DNA of 64,000 nucleotides from Minisyncoccota bacterium (lineage in GTDB: Bacteria; Patescibacteriota; Minisyncoccia; Phycocordibacterales; UBA5272), in contig JBAZJW010000004.1 of the NCBI GenBank assembly GCA_041651055.1, forward strand, positions 2,018-66,017, given 5' to 3'. A program made the translations under genes and the position numbers. Positions 43,086 through 52,555 of the stretch are shown in pieces; the first letter of the stretch is position 1, and each line of letters opens with the position of its first letter. The notes beneath the pieces were generated by a model. That model searched no databases, had not been told where the DNA came from, and saw only the letters and a list, made by a program, of their open reading frames with translations.

Positions 43086-45523
43086 TCCTGCATATAAGGT
43101 CCAACTAGATCATAGAATGTTGTAAGTGGACTAGCCCCGGCGTGGTTCTGGTCAAACACAACCACCCCCACAGGAACCCAATCAGGGTTAGGTAACTTAG
43201 GCAACTGTGCAGATACTGACGCCGCTGCTGTAGGACCAACAATATAATGTCCAGGTAACCCACTTGATGAAGCTATACACAACAGGGCTTTCTTGTACTC
43301 ACCAGAACCCGTAGTTTCACTCGTCAAATCCCAAAAATCGTCTGTTGCGTCTTTTCCTTGAACTATTCTATTACCACCTATCGTAAATACTATATCATTA
43401 GTTGTCTTGACATAACCACCAGTTGACGCAGTAGAACACCCAGCGCCGGTTGTGCCAAATACATAATTATAACTAGTTGCTCTAACCGTCATATTATAGT
43501 TAGTTGCTAATGTCGTTCCCATGCTAATGTTCGTAGCAGCGTAAGGAACATCATTGCCACTAATGTTCATCTTACATGTTCCAGTTAGGAAACAAGAAGC
43601 AATACTTATTCCTTTCTCTCCACTTGAAGCGTCTAAGTATATTCTATTATTCTTACATACAACAGTGTCCGTATAATTATGTGGAGTAGCACCAGCGGCG
43701 GAATAACCAAAAGCAATACCAACCATATTATCAGCATACGTGTCATCTGGTATTCCTATTAGATTATTGACAATATCCACACCATGTCCATAAAAGAACC
43801 ATATAGAAACACCACCATTAACTGGATCAGGTCTAAATTGATTGTTAGCAATAAACACGTTTTTAGGTATCTCATTAGTTGTATTTGCATTACCGTTCAT
43901 GTTACCAATAGCAATACCGTGTTGAATGAACCTATCATAGTTGCAGTTAGTTATTTTAATGTTTTCACACACACTATCACTATCACCCATAATCCCAGTA
44001 GCCATACCATAACAGTTTTGAAAGTGCACCCCATCAACGGTGACATTAGCACTTCTAGCTATTTGCAACGCAGGTAGTAAACTAATTCCACCCGCAGCAT
44101 AAACTGTTGCACGGTGATTTTTTATCTCACCACCAATTATTCTAACATTTTTAGACCTACCAACATAGATACTATGTCTACCACAGTCATCAAATGTGTT
44201 ACCTATTAGATCAACATTACCTTCATGTGGACAGGTTATTACGACCGTGGCCCCGACACTTTCATCTGACAACGTCTCATTTACTGTCATGGACGTTCCA
44301 GTAACTCCAGTAACATTAAACGTAGCACAGTTGGTAGTTGCAGTTGCACCTGTAATGGTAATCTTATCACCTATCGCAAAACCATCCACTAAATACGACG
44401 CATTAGCATCACTAATAACTCCTCCTGACGCAGTGAAGCTAACGGTTGTAGACGATTTATATGTTCCAGTTGCTATATCAATTCCGTAACCTTGTCCGGC
44501 TGTGGATGTAGCATTAGCTCTAATGTCTTTTATTAGACAATTTTCAACTACTGCGTTTTTCCATGTACCACTAAGATTAGCATTTAACACTATACCTTGA
44601 TTCACATCATGTATATACAAGTTACTAAACCTAGTATTACTAATCGTCTGTCCAGATGCTGCACTAATTCCACCTTGAAAATCACTTATTGTACTATTAC
44701 CCTCACCTACGAGTTCGAGACCTTCTATAACTATATCATCACAAGTATCTGCTAACTGGAATATAACAGCAGTTGTGCTGGCTGCAGACAGTGTAATACT
44801 ACCATTACCTTTAATAGTTAAGTGTGTTTTACTCGTAATCGTCAACCCAGTAGCTATTGTATAATCCCCATCCATGATGATGGTTGAGTTAGTGGGAGCT
44901 GCTGTAATACACGCCTGTATGGGTACACCAGTTACTCCCCACCATTCAGGTCTAAATGTACCACCGGTGCTAAATGCGTAGGTTCCCGATCCAGAGAAGA
45001 TGTTTTGAGTTGGACCAGCTATAATGTTAGAAGGAGACGGCAACGTAACTGTTATTCCACCAGACGTAGAAAAATACGCCCCGTTTTCAAACTCAAACAT
45101 TATATTAGAATAACTACCTAAATTCAACGAAGTGGCAAACGCGTAGGTAGTTGTACTATCTGCTCTTGTGTGTGGAATTACAACGGTGGCTTTTTTAGTA
45201 GTTCCGATAGTTTCACATATCCCTTTCAATGTGCTACCGTAACCAGTTACTCCATGGTTAGCCTCAGATGAACTAACATAATATCGCATACGTTCATAGC
45301 TACCGTCACCTCTACTTAGGTAACTACTAACCGTCACACCTGTAGCAGTCATTGTGTAGTCTTTATTAATTACACCATCAATGGTTACTCCAGTGGCAGA
45401 CGTATATTCACTTATCACATCAGCCTTAAAGCTACCACCAGGACTCACTGCACAGGTACCAGTTGTAAACGTGTGCGTCGCGGTTATGCTACCGTTGACA
45501 CTTTCTGTTAGGTGTTTAGGCAT
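43082..45523 (-). CDS. tailspike-like protein with right-handed parallel beta-helix (pectate-lyase-like) repeats (813 aa)
   Basis: Repeats such as VENCLIKDIRANATS, NVRIIGGEIKNHRATVYAAGG and ISNTRFSNLYIHDVNQGIVLNANLSG. Confidence 0.6.
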   Translation of the reverse strand: MPKHLTESVNGSITATHTFTTGTCAVSPGGSFKADVISEYTSATGVTIDGVINKDYTMTATGVTVSSYLSRGDGSYERMRYYVSSSEANHGVTGYGSTLKGICETIGTTKKATVVIPHTRADSTTTYAFATSLNLGSYSNIMFEFENGAYFSTSGGITVTLPSPSNIIAGPTQNIFSGSGTYAFSTGGTFRPEWWGVTGVPIQACITAAPTNSTIIMDGDYTIATGLTITSKTHLTIKGNGSITLSAASTTAVIFQLADTCDDIVIEGLELVGEGNSTISDFQGGISAASGQTISNTRFSNLYIHDVNQGIVLNANLSGTWKNAVVENCLIKDIRANATSTAGQGYGIDIATGTYKSSTTVSFTASGGVISDANASYLVDGFAIGDKITITGATATTNCATFNVTGVTGTSMTVNETLSDESVGATVVITCPHEGNVDLIGNTFDDCGRHSIYVGRSKNVRIIGGEIKNHRATVYAAGGISLLPALQIARSANVTVDGVHFQNCYGMATGIMGDSDSVCENIKITNCNYDRFIQHGIAIGNMNGNANTTNEIPKNVFIANNQFRPDPVNGGVSIWFFYGHGVDIVNNLIGIPDDTYADNMVGIAFGYSAAGATPHNYTDTVVCKNNRIYLDASSGEKGISIASCFLTGTCKMNISGNDVPYAATNISMGTTLATNYNMTVRATSYNYVFGTTGAGCSTASTGGYVKTTNDIVFTIGGNRIVQGKDATDDFWDLTSETTGSGEYKKALLCIASSSGLPGHYIVGPTAAASVSAQLPKLPNPDWVPVGVVVFDQNHAGASPLTTFYDLVGPYMQE

Positions 45524-46425
45524 TAAATACCCTCCACATCATGACTAACCCTGAAGTCATCGTTCCATAAGGTACCACCGGTTACGTCTCTCACACGTCT
45601 TGGCATAGACGTCGTACCCATGTCCTCTATAATTGCATCACGAAGCAAATTAGCATAGTCCGTTTTGGCGTCACGTGCTAGGCCAATAAACGCAGGGTTT
45701 TGTGTGATAGTAAATACTAACCTATAACAATCCCACAATGCTCCTGCTTCAATTAACTCAGGTCTAAACACCGGCTCGTCGGTGTCTGCACTAAGATCAG
45801 CTACGTACTTCTTATAATGTACTGTTAGCACATAATCCTGATCTGGCACGGGCCATACTTCAAATGTCACCAACCCATCACCTTTGGTCTTACTAGTGAT
45901 CCTATAATGTGTAGGCGGCCCCGTAGACGTCCTCTCAGGATCGAGTGCGTTAAGATAATTCTCACTAACTTCTCCCAACCTACTTTGATATACCAAACTC
46001 ACAATCTCCCCAACATCAGCCACTGTAGGTGTATAATATGTCCTAAATATGCCATAGTTAGTTGACGCTGCCGTTGACCCGCCATATGCAGTTAGCAATA
46101 CAATATTCGTTGCGTCGGTTATTGTTGTGATTTCATATGGTTGGGACTCACTACCAAATCTAATAAAATCCCCAACTGCGAAGTTAGTAAACGTCGTCCC
46201 CGACCCAACCACTGCAGTACTGTCATGCGTCACAGTGACAGTGTCTACAGTCGACGTATTAGCATAATCACCCTCTAGCTTAACAGTCGTTCTATCCTTT
46301 AGAAACTCCCAATCCTCAGCACCTAGAATTTGTTTATACCTGATGTTAATTCGCTGCTTGACTACCGGCATTGACAACATCGGGACGAATTCTTTGAGGT
46401 TGAGTGCCATTAATCTTAGGTTCAT
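45523..46425 (-). CDS. hypothetical head-tail or tail protein (300 aa)
   Basis: Start may be an internal Met (46380 or 46371), which would reduce the overlap with the upstream gene. Confidence 0.45.
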   Translation of the reverse strand: MNLRLMALNLKEFVPMLSMPVVKQRINIRYKQILGAEDWEFLKDRTTVKLEGDYANTSTVDTVTVTHDSTAVVGSGTTFTNFAVGDFIRFGSESQPYEITTITDATNIVLLTAYGGSTAASTNYGIFRTYYTPTVADVGEIVSLVYQSRLGEVSENYLNALDPERTSTGPPTHYRITSKTKGDGLVTFEVWPVPDQDYVLTVHYKKYVADLSADTDEPVFRPELIEAGALWDCYRLVFTITQNPAFIGLARDAKTDYANLLRDAIIEDMGTTSMPRRVRDVTGGTLWNDDFRVSHDVEGI

Positions 46426-48025
46426 TTTTAGGCTCCATTTGACGTTTTACTTGATACCCACGAAGTAGAATCTGTTGTATTTGTCCTAGAAACTCTCTCG
46501 CTTCTTTGTAGCTAGGATTAAACTCTAGGCTTTTTTTAGCGTAGGCTTCGGCTGCCAGTAACCCACCCAATACTAACTGTGCTTTAGCTGCGTTTAACCA
46601 TAATTCCCAGAGTCTAATAGCACCATCATAACGATTAATACCTTCCATTGTGTAGTGCAATGCATGAATTGAGTCATTAGCAACTTGGTACATGCCACCT
46701 AGGTTGACCAATGAAAATCCATCAGTAGGCGAGTGTTTAATCGCTTTGTGGTAGTAGTCTACGCTAGAGGTTTTCTTCGCGCGAATGAAGTAATATTCAG
46801 TTAGTGTCTTATGAATGAGGTCTTTGTAGGTTGATAGTATTACAATAATTAATCCAGCTATTATGTACCATTCGGGTGTATACGTAGCATCACCTCGTAA
46901 GCATGCAAACAACACAAACCAGATCATTACGTTAGTGGGTTCTGTATGTAAGTTGTGCATAAATATACCAGATATTAATGCTGCTATTAGTGCACCTTTT
47001 AAAAGTAAGTCTGCATCTGATAGTAGTGCCATTATGATTAAACTCAAATATGCCACCAAACCAGGTATGCCTACATCACAGGCCATTTGAATGTAGTCAT
47101 TATGACACTTCTGCGGGTAGGGACAAGAGTAGTTACTTGGATCAAGAAACGCGCCGTTGGATTTGTTGTTGAGATCACGCTGTATGTAAGGTATTCTGCA
47201 CTTCAAGCAATCCAACCCAAGCCCGAATCCTGGGGTGAGTTTAATTTGTTCCCAAGCTATTCGCCAGTAGTTGAGTCTCTCCTTAAGTGTACCTTTGCTG
47301 TAGTCACTAATTAAATGCCTCCAGCCTGTTGAGAGTAACATCATTCCAATACCAATGCTCATTATAACAAGCAACGTATACACATCATCTGATTGAGTTG
47401 TTACCAACACAAACAACCCACCCACCACCATGCCTAGGTAACTACCTTTACATTTAGTAATCCAAACTGTATAACCTATTAATGCGCTGACTAGATACCA
47501 CCACCTAGACTCAGCACCCAGTAACAATGACAAAAAGAAACTCACCGCCATGAGGTTCCCAAGCATGTTAGTATTACCAATAAACCCTAGTGGAAATAGA
47601 TACTGAGGTAGTGCGTTGGATAAGTTGCGTAGTGGCTCTCGCTTAAAGACTCCCTGTAAGACAGCATACAAGCAATTAGCCACAATGCCTATCATAACAA
47701 TACCAAGACCAGTTAGATTAATACCATTAAACGCTGTCACTATGAACATAACCATCCCGGTCCAGACGCTTAACTCACTAACCCCAACATAGTGATATGG
47801 AGAAACTAACGTAGCCACGATCCACCACCCTACCATGCCTAACGTTATCCATATCACCATATCAGGTAAATAAATACTGGTACCTTCTACCCACCACTGG
47901 AGGAGGTATGCCACGCCAAGCAAAGGCATAAGTGCGCGTCTCAAGACCTCATAGGGTGCTCTAAATTGAGGCCCACTCATTAAGACGGTTAAAATGGCGA
48001 GTAGTATATAAGGTACCAGTTCCAT
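46346..48025 (-). CDS. Wzy_C-domain (O-antigen ligase / polymerase / O-oligosaccharyltransferase-like) polytopic membrane protein with C-terminal TPR-like repeats
   Basis: About 10-12 hydrophobic helices. Loop motif CHNDYIQMACDVGIPGL matches the Wzy_C H-N-x-Y-L...G-x-x-G signature. C-terminus has TPR-like helices (NPSYKEAREFLGQI). Confidence 0.55.
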   Translation of the reverse strand: MELVPYILLAILTVLMSGPQFRAPYEVLRRALMPLLGVAYLLQWWVEGTSIYLPDMVIWITLGMVGWWIVATLVSPYHYVGVSELSVWTGMVMFIVTAFNGINLTGLGIVMIGIVANCLYAVLQGVFKREPLRNLSNALPQYLFPLGFIGNTNMLGNLMAVSFFLSLLLGAESRWWYLVSALIGYTVWITKCKGSYLGMVVGGLFVLVTTQSDDVYTLLVIMSIGIGMMLLSTGWRHLISDYSKGTLKERLNYWRIAWEQIKLTPGFGLGLDCLKCRIPYIQRDLNNKSNGAFLDPSNYSCPYPQKCHNDYIQMACDVGIPGLVAYLSLIIMALLSDADLLLKGALIAALISGIFMHNLHTEPTNVMIWFVLFACLRGDATYTPEWYIIAGLIIVILSTYKDLIHKTLTEYYFIRAKKTSSVDYYHKAIKHSPTDGFSLVNLGGMYQVANDSIHALHYTMEGINRYDGAIRLWELWLNAAKAQLVLGGLLAAEAYAKKSLEFNPSYKEAREFLGQIQQILLRGYQVKRQMEPKNEPKINGTQPQRIRPDVVNAGSQAAN

Positions 48026-48035
48026 AAGGTTTCTC

Positions 48036-48287
48036 CTAAGCAGTTCCGATTACGAAGACATAGTAATACGACGTTGCAGCAGGTGCAGAACTAAACGTCA
48101 CAACATTCGTGGCAAAGCTAACTCCCAACCTGCCTTCAAATGCTGTGGTTTCCTGCACCCAACACGCGTCGATCGTACCCAATGGAGCCGTCCACGCTGT
48201 ATCGGAGGCATCGCCAGTCAGTTTATAACAAATAAACATCTGATTGGCTACAGGTACAGCAAAAATTGCAGTTTCAGTGAAAGCCAT
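48036..48287 (-). CDS. small structural protein (83 aa)
   Basis: Packed in the head/tail operon. Confidence 0.4.
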   Translation of the reverse strand: MAFTETAIFAVPVANQMFICYKLTGDASDTAWTAPLGTIDACWVQETTAFEGRLGVSFATNVVTFSSAPAATSYYYVFVIGTA

Positions 48288-48302
48288 TTTGCACCCCCTT
48301 CC

Positions 48303-49061
48303 TTATGGTGCAATCATAAGATAAACGGGTTTGTATTCTTGAGCCACACCAACCAACAGCTGAATCCCAAGCGGGGGCGTGGTGTCAACAGTGGTTCTAA
48401 CCGTGGTACCTGCAACCGTGTTACCGACTGCAAGCTCCACAGCAAACCCAGCAGACGGGGTACCTTCTGACCAGACGCACGCTACCCCCCAGGTTTGGAG
48501 CCAGTAGTAATAACTTGCAGCAACCGTGATAGGAGGTACACCAAGAATCCATTCAGTGATAGCGGTTGCGATAACCGTAGCGTAGTAAGGATTCCCAACC
48601 ATGGTTGCTTCTGATGCCGTGGTGAGTGCAGTCGCAATCGGGTCGTACAAGGTGATGTCGCAACTCGTTGCTGTCGTAGCGTTCGCCTTGTAGGATTTGA
48701 TCTTATACTGAATCCCCTCACCAGCGGCGTCGTTAATCTGCAACCAACCGTCTTTGTAAATGCTAGCGGTTGGTTCAGCAGCGGTTTCAACGGTCAACGT
48801 GTAGGCTCCTGCGTCTACAGCCGCAAGGACTTCCTTGTTGATCCAGTTAGCTGAGCTAATCTCGGCGCATTTCACGAACTTACCAGGAGCCAGTGCAACT
48901 GTCCCGTTGTAAGCATACCTAAACACCCGCCCGTCTGCAAATGCCAGTCTCGTCCCAAGAGGTGCTTGCTGAGTAGCAGACGCCTCGTAGATTCCCTGCG
49001 CGGGTGGGACAATAATGTGGTCGCCTTTGCGATACTCACGATACTCGTTCTTTGATGCCAT
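48303..49061 (-). CDS. head-associated structural protein (252 aa; decoration/minor capsid candidate)
   Basis: AAGGAG RBS (plus-strand CTCCTT at 49071-76). Follows the capsid gene after terminator-like hairpins. Confidence 0.45.
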   Translation of the reverse strand: MASKNEYREYRKGDHIIVPPAQGIYEASATQQAPLGTRLAFADGRVFRYAYNGTVALAPGKFVKCAEISSANWINKEVLAAVDAGAYTLTVETAAEPTASIYKDGWLQINDAAGEGIQYKIKSYKANATTATSCDITLYDPIATALTTASEATMVGNPYYATVIATAITEWILGVPPITVAASYYYWLQTWGVACVWSEGTPSAGFAVELAVGNTVAGTTVRTTVDTTPPLGIQLLVGVAQEYKPVYLMIAP

Positions 49062-49094
49062 AGTTAAATCTCCTTCGGATTAGGCTACCTCAGA

Positions 49095-49153
49095 CGTGCA
49101 TTGGCTTGCACGCGGAGATAGGTTGTGGGGGAGTCGCCACTAACTGCTCCCCC
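49095..49153 (-). terminator. two stem-loops (GGGGGAG..CTCCCCC and CGTGCA..TGCACG) immediately after the capsid gene; partial terminator or mRNA-stabilising element
   Basis: 7-bp and 6-bp GC-rich stems read directly. No clear U-tract. Confidence 0.3.
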
Positions 49154-49167
49154 GTGCGTTAAAAGGT

Positions 49168-50094
49168 TTAGCTGACAGATGAGATGTAACCATTCCATCT
49201 AGGTGCTGTGCAAATAAAAGACCCAGCCCACAGCAACTGCCTTACCCAAGCATCCTGGTTGATAGGAACCTTAGGTTCGGTCCAATACATATTGCGTTTC
49301 CTATGCACGACCATTTTCCAATAGTCCGTGTTAAGGATGAAAATATACCCACTTGGGCAGTAGTGGTCCACTACGATAGTGGCTTTGTTAAACGCGATCC
49401 CAGTGAAACCTACACGAGCAAGATCAGGAGCGGTGGTCAAGTCGCCACGCTGAGTGGGCTGAACCCGGTTCCAAATCTTATCGTAGATGTCCTGGGTCGT
49501 GATAATCAGATCAGGCTGTACGGCACCATCACAGCAGTTGCCGTACGCACTCTGGAGCATACTCATAGAGAACGCTCCACCTGTGCTGTCTACCTGACCG
49601 CGCCACCAAGAATACGACGTCTTGCTGATCTCACCATAGGTGCCCGTTGTAGCCAGTGCACTAATCAACGGCGGGATCGCTTTGGTGTCGCTCCAAGACG
49701 TATCAAAAATCGCCTCAGAGAACTTTTTAGTGAAGGTTTTCTGCGCGTTCTGCATTTTGGACTGAACGATAGACAGAATTTTCTCATCGCCCTCGACCTT
49801 GAGTTCAGTCTCACCATCCATGGTCACGTTGACCCACATCAGATACCAAGCATGCTTAGCCAACGTGGTGGTTTCAATAAGTGAGATATCGAACTCATCC
49901 AGTCCAGAATACCATCCTGAGTTCAAGTCACCATACAGCACTGGCACGTCGATCTTGGAACCGGAGTCGTAGGTGACTTTGTTTTTTGACATCAACCTAG
50001 TAAAAATCGGGGTTGAATAATAGAACTGATCCGTAAGAATGGGAATGTATTTCTCCCGTACGTGAGCATCAAGTTCTGAATAAGTAAGAGCCAT
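49168..50094 (-). CDS. probable major capsid protein (308 aa)
   Basis: Directly follows the scaffold-like gene and precedes the hairpins. Size typical for HK97-fold capsid proteins. No motif proof. Confidence 0.5.
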   Translation of the reverse strand: MALTYSELDAHVREKYIPILTDQFYYSTPIFTRLMSKNKVTYDSGSKIDVPVLYGDLNSGWYSGLDEFDISLIETTTLAKHAWYLMWVNVTMDGETELKVEGDEKILSIVQSKMQNAQKTFTKKFSEAIFDTSWSDTKAIPPLISALATTGTYGEISKTSYSWWRGQVDSTGGAFSMSMLQSAYGNCCDGAVQPDLIITTQDIYDKIWNRVQPTQRGDLTTAPDLARVGFTGIAFNKATIVVDHYCPSGYIFILNTDYWKMVVHRKRNMYWTEPKVPINQDAWVRQLLWAGSFICTAPRWNGYISSVS

Positions 50095-50108
50095 GATTTA
50101 ATCTCCTG

Positions 50109-50897
50109 TTAGTCTAACTTACCCTGCATGGCACGCTCTTTGATGATAGACTCAGTTGCTTCTTCCCATGAGAGAGGCTTGTCGGAGCGTTTCACGATAA
50201 CTGGTCTAGAGCTACTGTGAATCCCATCAGTCCGGGCCTTGGCCAGTTCTTCCTTGAGCCTACGTTGAACTTCCTCCTCGACAATAGAGTCTCGATAGAG
50301 GTCTGTGTAGGCTTTTTCAAGGTCTAGTTGGCCGGTTTTAAGTGCATGGTCGAGTAACTTTTGTTTATCAAGATTCGCGTGTTTCGATGCGAGGTCGGTT
50401 AGTTGTGCTTGATAGTTAAACATGCGATCCACCCGTTTGGATGAATCAGTCATAGCCTTTTGAGCGCTGAGTAACTCAGACTTGAGACCGGTTATTTGTT
50501 CCTCAAGTTTTCTCAACATCTCAGCATTAGCAGCAGGTTCGCCTTTGGAGAGTTGTGCACGTAGCTCCTCCTCCTTGGCTTTCTGTACTTGCTCGTCTTC
50601 GGTCTTAGTGGTGTCTTCAAGTGACTTATACCATTCTCGCCATTGAGTTGTTTCCTGTTCCATCGCACCATAGTTTTGCAACTTCTGCATGTATTCTTGT
50701 TCCCGTGCAGAGAATTCCTTGCGTTGTTCAGCTAGAGTTTGAGTCTTGCGCGTGTAGTCCGCTTGCATAGACTTGTACAACTGTTGCAACTCAGGTGCTA
50801 ACTCGTTAGGGTTAATGTTTAAGTCTTTGAAGAGTTCTGCGTTAGTAAGATCGTCCTTCTTGTCATCTGCCATTTGTCGTCTCCTTCGTTGCTCCAA
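50109..50897 (-). CDS. scaffolding-like coiled-coil protein (262 aa)
   Basis: Highly charged, heptad-rich sequence between the portal and capsid genes. Confidence 0.45.
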   Translation of the reverse strand: MEQRRRRQMADDKKDDLTNAELFKDLNINPNELAPELQQLYKSMQADYTRKTQTLAEQRKEFSAREQEYMQKLQNYGAMEQETTQWREWYKSLEDTTKTEDEQVQKAKEEELRAQLSKGEPAANAEMLRKLEEQITGLKSELLSAQKAMTDSSKRVDRMFNYQAQLTDLASKHANLDKQKLLDHALKTGQLDLEKAYTDLYRDSIVEEEVQRRLKEELAKARTDGIHSSSRPVIVKRSDKPLSWEEATESIIKERAMQGKLD

Positions 50898-50929
50898 AAC
50901 GGAGTCTCAGAGCTATAAAAAGTTAATGG

Positions 50930-51331
50930 TTAAACTCCAGAGGTCGGTGGTTGCCTCGGAGGGCCAGTAAGTGATACGGCGCGGTTTCGGTCGGAACGTA
51001 ACTTGGCTTGCTGAAGTGCTAACTTACCTTCCTGTTCCATGCCGTAGTGTTTGGTGATTTTTAAGTAAGCGTTTTGCAAGGTCTCGTCTATGATGTAGCG
51101 TATAGATGGTTCGACCTCTGCTGCACGTCGCATGATCACACCTGCTTGCATGAGTAGCTTAATGGCTTGTTGCTCTTGGGGTGTGTCCGGGCCTGGACCA
51201 CCCGGGCCTTGAGACTGCGCACCAGGAGGCCCGGCACCGGGCATCATAGGTGCTTGTGAGGGAGTCTCAGGTTGGTCTTCCATTGAACTAAGGCTACTCA
51301 AACTTTCAGTTTCGTTTTCGTTAAATGCCAT
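50930..51331 (-). CDS. Pro/Gly-rich head protein (133 aa)
   Basis: PMMPGAGPPGAQSQGPGGPGPD. Confidence 0.4.
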   Translation of the reverse strand: MAFNENETESLSSLSSMEDQPETPSQAPMMPGAGPPGAQSQGPGGPGPDTPQEQQAIKLLMQAGVIMRRAAEVEPSIRYIIDETLQNAYLKITKHYGMEQEGKLALQQAKLRSDRNRAVSLTGPPRQPPTSGV

Positions 51332-51377
51332 TTTCTCACCTCATTGATTCATTTAATGAATTGAATGTGTTGGTTAT

Positions 51378-52103
51378 TTATGCCCAACGATGTCTAGCCT
51401 GACCAATCGTTGGGGGTAAACCTACGAAACGTGCACTGGCCGGTCGAGACTCACTTAGATTAGCCTCTGGATTGGGGTCTCTTAGTGAGAGTGCCTTAAG
51501 TAATTCTGACTCTGCGTTTGTACGTTGTTCTGCATAGGCTTGTTCACGTGAGATACGTAGGCGATTCGCTGCGTCTATTTCAGCAGGTGTACGCCCGCGT
51601 TCGGCTGCGAATTCAACTCCGGTTCGTATTGTAGGAGCTATCACGCCCGAGGTCGGTGAGCCTGTCATGGCGTTACCAACAGGCGGCCTACCCGGTCCGT
51701 GGTAACTTTGACCATATGTAGGACGTGGGTCAGCGCCAGGACCACCCAAGGCTGCACTTGAGACGTTTCCACCTATACCATCAAATGCACCTGCATAGTC
51801 CATACCTGCAATAATAGCAGCGGCAGCTGGAGTAGCAAACATAGATGCAACTTGTGCTATGTCAGAACCCTTAATGGCTGATTTACCCAAAAGAGGTTCA
51901 GCGGCGTCCATACCAGAAGCACCTCCACCAAAGCCAGTTTCCGCTGCGTTTTCTGTTGCAGAAGCCATTTCACTCGCAACACCAGTTATAATAGCACTCA
52001 CATCAGCGTCGGTAGAATCAGATTCACCCTCACCCAAATCGCCAAAGTCTCCAGCTGTTACTACGTTGGCGCCTTCTCCAACACCCACACCAGGAGCACA
52101 CAT
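51378..52103 (-). CDS. Gly/Ala-rich virion protein (241 aa)
   Basis: Low-complexity G/A/S-rich sequence. Confidence 0.45.
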   Translation of the reverse strand: MCAPGVGVGEGANVVTAGDFGDLGEGESDSTDADVSAIITGVASEMASATENAAETGFGGGASGMDAAEPLLGKSAIKGSDIAQVASMFATPAAAAIIAGMDYAGAFDGIGGNVSSAALGGPGADPRPTYGQSYHGPGRPPVGNAMTGSPTSGVIAPTIRTGVEFAAERGRTPAEIDAANRLRISREQAYAEQRTNAESELLKALSLRDPNPEANLSESRPASARFVGLPPTIGQARHRWA

Positions 52104-52105
52104 AG

Positions 52106-52555
52106 TTATACCTCTCTCTCGTAGTAAGTGTAGATTTTTTTCATGTTAAAGAGTCTCTGAAACGCATCACCATTTATGTGGCTAGATGTTCCAGAGATAC
52201 GTTTAAAGCCGAGTTCTTTGAATTTTGCCACAATTAGGTCACGAAACTTGAACCCTAACCCCGGCCCGTATAGTTGGCGTATTAATGCAGTATCACCATT
52301 GGATTGATAAATCATACATCCAACTCTCTCACCGTTTAATATCCCTATTAAAGCACTCGCCTGTCCAAGTAGAACCATACCAACAGATTCACATAGGTTG
52401 TCCATTCCATAAATCTCAGGTATCTTGGAGTTAATCATTGGTGACCACATCATTAGGATTTCTTCTCTACTAAGGAGTGGTCTGAGTTCTAAGTTATCCA
52501 TTAGCAGCCGGACTCCCGCCGGATTGGTTAGGGAATTGCGTACTAGCACCTGCAT
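52106..52555 (-). CDS. GNAT-family N-acetyltransferase-like protein
   Basis: RQLYGPGLGFKF resembles the acetyl-CoA-binding motif A (R/Q-x-x-G-x-G/A). About 150 aa. Overlaps the portal 3' end. Confidence 0.45.
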   Translation of the reverse strand: MQVLVRNSLTNPAGVRLLMDNLELRPLLSREEILMMWSPMINSKIPEIYGMDNLCESVGMVLLGQASALIGILNGERVGCMIYQSNGDTALIRQLYGPGLGFKFRDLIVAKFKELGFKRISGTSSHINGDAFQRLFNMKKIYTYYEREV

